Below are positions 58,688 to 64,000 of a stretch of DNA of 64,000 nucleotides, one piece after another (positions within the stretch are counted from its first letter, which is position 1; every line of letters starts with the position of its first letter). Under the pieces are notes generated by a model. The model worked only from the letters and a program-made list of their open reading frames with translations. It was not told where the DNA came from and did no database searches. This DNA is from Candidatus Nomurabacteria bacterium (GTDB lineage: Bacteria > Patescibacteriota > WWE3 > UBA101185 > UBA10185), in contig JACKGU010000001.1 of the NCBI GenBank assembly GCA_020631855.1, positions 295,601 to 359,600 on the forward strand, written 5' to 3'. A program made the translations under genes and the position numbers.

Positions 58688-60565
58688 ATGGTAGAAACAG
58701 CAACCGCCGCAAATGACGCTTTAACAGCATTAAAGGGAAGGAGCGAAACAAAAGTTTCGCCTCTTGAAGAATTTTGGACAAATATAAATGCGCTTACTGC
58801 GGCTTCGCGACAACTGCTGACTAAAATAGAAACCAGCCCCCAGAGCGGACTGAATCAACGCAGAGCCGCACAGCTAGCTAGACAGGCTTTGGCTAGCTAT
58901 GAGATGACGACTAGCCTGACAGAAAATCCCACTAATAGAGAGGAAATTAATGCCCTTTCCAGGTTAGGCGCTGCGACAAACATCGACCCAACAAATCTAT
59001 ACAGAGAGACAATATTACTACAGCCGGAAGTACACTCGTATGAATATTCGGTCAAGCTGTTATTCTCCCACATAGTGTCTATGACCACTGAGGACAGAAG
59101 CAACACCACAAAAAACTTAGCATTGGTTTTAGCCGGGAATTGCTTAGACGGGAGTAAGGTTGATGTAAGAAAAATTCAAAACGAGCTCAGAGAATTAAAT
59201 TTTCCGAACCACCACTTATCAGAAGCAGCAGAGGCCATCGCTGCTATAATCCGGCATACGCCTTACAATCTAACAGATCATCAAGAAAAATTGGGGGTAA
59301 CAGGATACCCGGAAGTCTTGGCTAAAGCTTATAAGAGACTCTACGATCTAGCAACCAAACTTGATCCGGATACACCGCCTACAAAAGCGGAAGAAAGGTC
59401 ACAGCACCAACCCTATGCCAATTGGGAAGCCAGGGCCAAAGAAAGAGAATCGATACACTACAACAGTAATCCTAGAGAACACAAAATATTTTCACGTAAA
59501 GGAGAGATTTTGACTGCCAAGGGTTCGGAGAATAAAACAGCCCAAGTCTTAATTCCAACTGCCATACTTACCAGAACCGTACCTTTGGCGGACTTTGCAG
59601 GCAATGACAGGGCTTTCAATAAAGGATACGTAAAACTACAGCAGGTATTTACCTGCACAACATTTCAAGAAGTCGAAGCTACCCTTGAAATGCTAAACGC
59701 AGCATCTATTGCAGAAGAAGAAAAAACAGCACAGGTACCCATATATGTTCCTAAAACCGTGGTTCAAAATGGAAAAACAACAATTGAATATGAGATAACC
59801 TACATGGAGATGCCGATTGGAACCTATAATAGCTGGCGTAAAGCTTTAATGGAGGCTCGCAAATCCTACCTTAGAGCAGGATTTTCTATTCAAAACCAAG
59901 ATATAACTGCTGGAGTACGCTTAGCAACAGAGCAAGAGAATGCCTATGCAGAACAGACAATGTTGAATAGATATCAAGAGCTTTTGTCTGGACCTAGCCA
60001 TATCAAAGATTCTCTAGACGCATGGATGAGTCAAAGTCATTCAAGGGACAGATTTTACATTAAAGAATTGATGCAAAATACAATGGAACTAGTAAATGAG
60101 TTGACTGAAGAGCTTAATTTGACCCGAAACCCTCGCAATATAACATTAGAGGCTATGAAAACTCTTTATGAAGAAGGGCATGAGCAGCACCCACTGACGA
60201 TGGAAAAAGAAATAACACAGATGTTCGACAACAGAATGGCCGAGCGCTCTAACTATTATGTTGCAATGAAGGTAGCTTTGACAACTCTTGAAAATGTAAA
60301 TGCTTTACCGCCGCCAAGAGATCGCAAAGAAGCAAAAGAACAGATTAGAATGATTATAAATGTTCAAACACAAATAAAACAAATAATGCTTTTCTTGGCA
60401 CTTCAAGAAAAGGGCGTCTCCGAGAGCCGTGCCTCACAAGTCGCGCTGGAAAACTTCCCGGAACACTCAGTGATTAAAGCTCAAGTACCTTATAGGGCTA
60501 GAAATAGTCAAGCCAGAAGGGTTGCAGGAAAGAGACAAGCTGTTAGCAACCAAGGCTCTAGTTGA
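58688..60565 (+). CDS. Hypothetical 625-aa soluble protein immediately downstream of the coupling-protein-like ATPase
   Basis: No TM, no recognisable catalytic motif; mostly helical. Starts 11 nt after the ATPase gene stop. Confidence 0.4.
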   Translation: MVETATAANDALTALKGRSETKVSPLEEFWTNINALTAASRQLLTKIETSPQSGLNQRRAAQLARQALASYEMTTSLTENPTNREEINALSRLGAATNIDPTNLYRETILLQPEVHSYEYSVKLLFSHIVSMTTEDRSNTTKNLALVLAGNCLDGSKVDVRKIQNELRELNFPNHHLSEAAEAIAAIIRHTPYNLTDHQEKLGVTGYPEVLAKAYKRLYDLATKLDPDTPPTKAEERSQHQPYANWEARAKERESIHYNSNPREHKIFSRKGEILTAKGSENKTAQVLIPTAILTRTVPLADFAGNDRAFNKGYVKLQQVFTCTTFQEVEATLEMLNAASIAEEEKTAQVPIYVPKTVVQNGKTTIEYEITYMEMPIGTYNSWRKALMEARKSYLRAGFSIQNQDITAGVRLATEQENAYAEQTMLNRYQELLSGPSHIKDSLDAWMSQSHSRDRFYIKELMQNTMELVNELTEELNLTRNPRNITLEAMKTLYEEGHEQHPLTMEKEITQMFDNRMAERSNYYVAMKVALTTLENVNALPPPRDRKEAKEQIRMIINVQTQIKQIMLFLALQEKGVSESRASQVALENFPEHSVIKAQVPYRARNSQARRVAGKRQAVSNQGSS

Positions 60566-60628
60566 AAAATATCGAGGGCCTGTTTTTCAAATATACTACA
60601 AAAGCCCATTTATAGTATAATCAAGTAA

Positions 60629-61834
60629 ATGTTTAAACTGCCATTTAAAATAAATTTCAATAAAAAATCAAAAACGGATACTTTTTTAACAATAGACATA
60701 GGATCAAGCACAGTCAAAACACTAGCTTTTTATAATGACAGCGAAAGCAGATTAAAAGTAATCGGGCTGGGGAAGGAATTTTTACCCGAGGGTGCGGTAC
60801 GAGCCGGATATATAACTGATTTAAAAAGTGTCATAGAAGCAGTGGACGAAACAATTTATCAGGCCCTTGCTAATACGGAACACAGAATTACAGATGCGAT
60901 AATAGGAATATCCGAAAACCTGTGCTATTCGCAAGTTACAACCGGCCGGCTAAACAGAACTACGCCGGGAGAACTGGTTACAGAGAAAGAGCTGGATAAT
61001 TTGAAATACAAAATAATTGATGCTGCGTACAACACGGCCCTAGATGATTTTGTCTATAAAACCGGCGATCTTTCAACAGAGCTTATTCATATAAGCTCTA
61101 TTCCGGCCCATACAAAACTTGATTCAAAGATTGTTGACGACCCAACCGACTTGCCGGGAGCAAAAGTTGAGCTGGCAATTTACAATGCCTATTCCCCCGA
61201 ATATCATACAAAGCAACTGCAAAAAATTGCTGACACGCTAAAACTTTCAGTTTTAGCTATGGTTCCCAACATGTTCTCGTTAGGGGAAGCCCTAAAAAAA
61301 CTCACAAAGGACAATGAGTTGGATTGTATCATTTTAGATATCGGGGGAGAAACAACAGATGTAGGAATTATGTTTGGAGGGGGCCTTATAACTACAAAAA
61401 GCTTACCTATAGGAGGAAGGCACTATACAGAACAGCTATCTTTACAGAGCGGCCTTACTTGGGCAGAATCTGAAAAAAAGAAGAATCAGTACTATTTCGG
61501 ACAAACAGCAGATACAGAAACATCTTTCATCGAAACAGTAATGACTGAAACAACCGACCTGTGGCTCAGCGGGCTGGAAACCCTGTTTAATGAATTTAAT
61601 GGGGTCAGGACCTTTGCATCTGATATATTTGTAGTTGGGGGAGGAAGCTTGCTACCCGATATAATGGCAGCTCTAGAGTCCAGGCCATGGACAAAATCCA
61701 TACCTTTTAGAGAGCCGCCAAGAATAAAACGGGTCAGCATTTCTGAGCTGGATTTTGCTAGAGATACAACCGGCAAACTAAATGAATTGGATTATATTCA
61801 AGCCCTGTCTTTAGGTTTGATGGGAGAATATTAA
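60629..61834 (+). CDS. Actin-fold ATPase of the PilM/FtsA family
   Basis: 401 aa; 'FLTIDIGSSTVKTLAF...LKVIGLGKEFLPEGAVRAGYITD' (phosphate-1/adenosine motifs) and 'ILDIGGETTDVGIMFGG' (phosphate-2). No ftsZ follows, which favours PilM-like over FtsA. Confidence 0.55.
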   Translation: MFKLPFKINFNKKSKTDTFLTIDIGSSTVKTLAFYNDSESRLKVIGLGKEFLPEGAVRAGYITDLKSVIEAVDETIYQALANTEHRITDAIIGISENLCYSQVTTGRLNRTTPGELVTEKELDNLKYKIIDAAYNTALDDFVYKTGDLSTELIHISSIPAHTKLDSKIVDDPTDLPGAKVELAIYNAYSPEYHTKQLQKIADTLKLSVLAMVPNMFSLGEALKKLTKDNELDCIILDIGGETTDVGIMFGGGLITTKSLPIGGRHYTEQLSLQSGLTWAESEKKKNQYYFGQTADTETSFIETVMTETTDLWLSGLETLFNEFNGVRTFASDIFVVGGGSLLPDIMAALESRPWTKSIPFREPPRIKRVSISELDFARDTTGKLNELDYIQALSLGLMGEY

Positions 61835-63364
61835 ATGACAAAATTTGAAATTGAAATACACGACGATTTAATAAATGTGCTTGGAAAACTACAAACAATA
61901 AATGACGACGGAATTGAGCTCATTATTCCTGAAGGTTCAGTAATTTTTGAAAACATTTTAAATCTTAGAATTATTCAAAAAGAACTTGAAAAATCTGGAA
62001 AAACAATACATTTCGAGACGTCGGATGAAAACGGAAAAAGACTTATAGAAAATCTTGAAAATGACTCCTCCGGCCTTTCTTCCGAGCTGGATTTTACAGA
62101 AGCTGAAGCAACTGAAATAAACCCAAAAACACACAGAAAAAAACAACGCACGGTCTCGCTTGCATTACCTAAATTTAAATTTTCAGGGGGTACAAAATTT
62201 AAAATAGCAGGTTTAATAGGAGTTGTGACCGCCGTAATCATAGGAAGTTTATACCTATTGATTTGGAAACAGCATAAGGCAATCGTAAATTTAGTCGTGG
62301 AGGCACAGCCTCTGGTTAAGAGCGTACAGATTAGAGTGGCAACAAACAGCGAAACAAATACCGAACAAAAAACTCTAAAAGGCTCACAAGTAAGTACAAG
62401 CACCGTCCAGACCGCGAGCGTGCCAACAACAGGGGAAAAACTGGTAGGTAACCAAGCCTCAGGAACTGTAAAAATTTACAACAAAACAACAAATGGTAAA
62501 ACCTTTAAAAAAGGTACGGTTCTTGTCTATAAAAAAGACGATAAAACCCTAAAATATACACTTGACGAAGAAGTAGAAGTACCTGAAAGAACGGAAGATA
62601 TCTTGCAGGATCCGCCATTAATAACTTGGGGTGAAAAAGAAGTTGATGTTACAGCAGAGGAAATAGGAAATTCTTATAATATTGACTCGGGCGAAAGTTT
62701 GGATTTTGATGATTTCGACAAGGACGATTACACTGCAAAGAGCACGACAAAAATCAACGGGGGCAGCAGCGAGACACTTAAAATTGTGGCCCAAGAAGAT
62801 ATAGACAACCTACTTATCGAGCTGGAAAAAAGTGACGATAAAACTAAAACCGAGCTACAGCAAAAAACTTCGACAGGACGAAAATTAATTCCCGGGTCAA
62901 TCAGCCTTCAGACAACAAAAGATTCCTTTAGCGCCGAACTAGGAGACGAGGCGGAAAATCTAGAGCTTGTCAGAGAAGCGACGGCCACAGGGCTAACTTA
63001 TTCCGAAAATGAACTGGAAGTTCTACTAGACAGACTCGTAGATGATTTCGTCCCGGAAGGCTTTGAGCTATCGACAAAAGACAAGGAGATAAAAGCAGAG
63101 GTCTTAGGTGCAACGGAAACTACGACACTTTCAAGCGAACAGGCCGATTTACAGGTAACCATTAAGGCTTACGTGATACCAAAAATTGATGAGATCGAGC
63201 TAAGGGAGAATTTGGCAGGGGCCCCGTTGTCGAAAGCAGAAGAAATATTAAATGCTATTTCTAATGTTGCAACCTATTCTTTAGATGTAAAACCAAATAT
63301 TCCGCTGCTTAATTCCCTTCCCCATAATCCGGAAAATATAGAGATAACAGTAACTAAAAGGTAA
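61835..63364 (+). CDS. Bitopic membrane protein (about 115-aa cytoplasmic N-terminus, 1 TM, about 370-aa extracytoplasmic domain), hypothetical
   Basis: 509 aa; TM 'IAGLIGVVTAVIIGSLYLLIW'; T/S/E/K-rich external domain. Starts 1 nt after the PilM/FtsA-like gene. Confidence 0.4.
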   Translation: MTKFEIEIHDDLINVLGKLQTINDDGIELIIPEGSVIFENILNLRIIQKELEKSGKTIHFETSDENGKRLIENLENDSSGLSSELDFTEAEATEINPKTHRKKQRTVSLALPKFKFSGGTKFKIAGLIGVVTAVIIGSLYLLIWKQHKAIVNLVVEAQPLVKSVQIRVATNSETNTEQKTLKGSQVSTSTVQTASVPTTGEKLVGNQASGTVKIYNKTTNGKTFKKGTVLVYKKDDKTLKYTLDEEVEVPERTEDILQDPPLITWGEKEVDVTAEEIGNSYNIDSGESLDFDDFDKDDYTAKSTTKINGGSSETLKIVAQEDIDNLLIELEKSDDKTKTELQQKTSTGRKLIPGSISLQTTKDSFSAELGDEAENLELVREATATGLTYSENELEVLLDRLVDDFVPEGFELSTKDKEIKAEVLGATETTTLSSEQADLQVTIKAYVIPKIDEIELRENLAGAPLSKAEEILNAISNVATYSLDVKPNIPLLNSLPHNPENIEITVTKR

Positions 63365-63366
63365 AA

Positions 63367-63804
63367 ATGAAAAATAAAAATACTCCCTCAAAAAACACTA
63401 CCTATCTTGGGGTAGATTATGGAAAAAAGAGAACCGGCCTTGCGTTAGGAAGAAACGGACTCACTGCAATACTCACAGCAATAGACTCAAAAGACACGAT
63501 TTATGCATTAAATGAGTTGGCAAAGATTATTGCCCTAAATAAAGTGGATGTCATAGTTTTTGGACTTCCGCTCGATGCCGAGGGTAAAGACACTGCAATG
63601 TCTATAGAAGTTCGAACATTTGCAAACAGCCTAAAAAGAAAAATTAAAAAGAATATTCAATATGTAAACGAATTCCAGTCATCGGTGGAAGCAACAGAAG
63701 ATGCAATAAGCTCGGGTTTATCAAAAAAAGGTCGAAAATCTGTTGACAGTATATCTGCCGGAATTATTTTGAAAAGGTATTTCGAAAATCTTGATACAGA
63801 GTAA
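63367..63804 (+). CDS. ruvX: Holliday-junction resolvase-like RNase H-fold protein RuvX/YqgF
   Basis: 145 aa; 'YLGVDYGKKRTGLALG' N-terminal Asp motif, 'VIVFGLPLDAEGK'. Confidence 0.85.
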   Translation: MKNKNTPSKNTTYLGVDYGKKRTGLALGRNGLTAILTAIDSKDTIYALNELAKIIALNKVDVIVFGLPLDAEGKDTAMSIEVRTFANSLKRKIKKNIQYVNEFQSSVEATEDAISSGLSKKGRKSVDSISAGIILKRYFENLDTE

Positions 63805-63832
63805 AGGCAGGGATCCCGTAGCGAATATGAGC

Positions 63833-64000
63833 TACCTCTTTTCCTCCATTACAACATCCTTTGAGCCGCACTTCATACATTCGAAATTTTCACCCGGCTT
63901 CAAACAAGCAGGGCAAATGTATAAACCGTCCTTATATATTAACTCGGACCTTTCGCATCTATTACATAAAAAAATAACATCGTCCTGTGAAACATCTCCA
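63833..64000 (-). CDS. Partial ORF (3' end) encoding a C-terminal zinc-ribbon (FmdB-like) tail
   Basis: RC reads ...DDVIFLCNRCERSELIYKDGLYICPACLKPGENFECMKCGSKDVVMEEKR*. Three CxxC pairs. The 5' end lies beyond the window, so identity is unknown. Confidence 0.3.

Noticed and set aside
58688-60565. The 625-aa protein as a conjugative relaxase
   Set aside because: No HUH (HxH) metal motif with upstream catalytic Tyr pattern. Only an isolated NHH dipeptide.

Overview
This is a 64-kb window from a low-GC bacterium with a compact genome and a Gram-positive-type envelope toolkit (LCP ligase, sortase, MurJ, UppP). Many proteins are shorter than usual: IF2 is 500 aa, PGK 321 aa, HrcA 243 aa, L3 161 aa. 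The overall pattern is consistent with a Patescibacteria/CPR-like lineage, but that placement is inference.

Layout:
- 1-14.7 kb, minus strand: an uninterrupted ribosomal/transcription superoperon, rpoB-rpoC-rpsL-rpsG-fusA-tuf-rpsJ-(terminator)-rplC-rplD-rplW-rplB-rpsS-rplV.
- 14.8-24.7 kb: lepB, a HAD phosphatase, secA, a TagD-like cytidylyltransferase, uppP, a spermidine-synthase-like gene, serS, and lysS fused to a C-terminal YqeK-like HD domain.
- 24.9-27.7 kb, plus strand: a glycolytic operon, pgk, a ferredoxin-like gene, a truncated aldehyde:ferredoxin-oxidoreductase (AOR) N-domain-like Fe-S protein, and tpiA. The middle two sit where a gapA-type gene is usually found, and no GAPDH gene is in the window.
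- 27.7-32.9 kb: a cell-envelope accessory island. It holds an LCP ligase, an unknown gene, a sortase, a candidate sortase substrate, a PilO-like/PilN-like pair, and rpsT.
- 32.9-54.8 kb: core genes, namely murJ, lepA, the hrcA-grpE-dnaK-dnaJ operon, a histidine phosphatase, nusA-infB-(DHH-like)-rpsO-pnp, a Lon AAA+ module with no protease domain, a family-4 UDG, RNase J and ftsK.
- 54.9-63.4 kb: a second accessory cluster. It holds DUF948-like and YtxH-like small proteins, an acidic disordered protein, a VirD4/TraD-like coupling ATPase, a 625-aa orphan protein, a PilM/FtsA-like actin-fold ATPase and a 509-aa bitopic protein. It is followed by ruvX and a partial zinc-ribbon ORF.

A ~115-nt structured direct repeat occurs three times (16.1, 30.3 and 32.8 kb). 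Two of the copies bracket part of the envelope island. No rRNA, tRNA, CRISPR array, transposase or integrase gene was recognised.

All calls rest on reading the supplied translations and sequence by eye. No database search was run.
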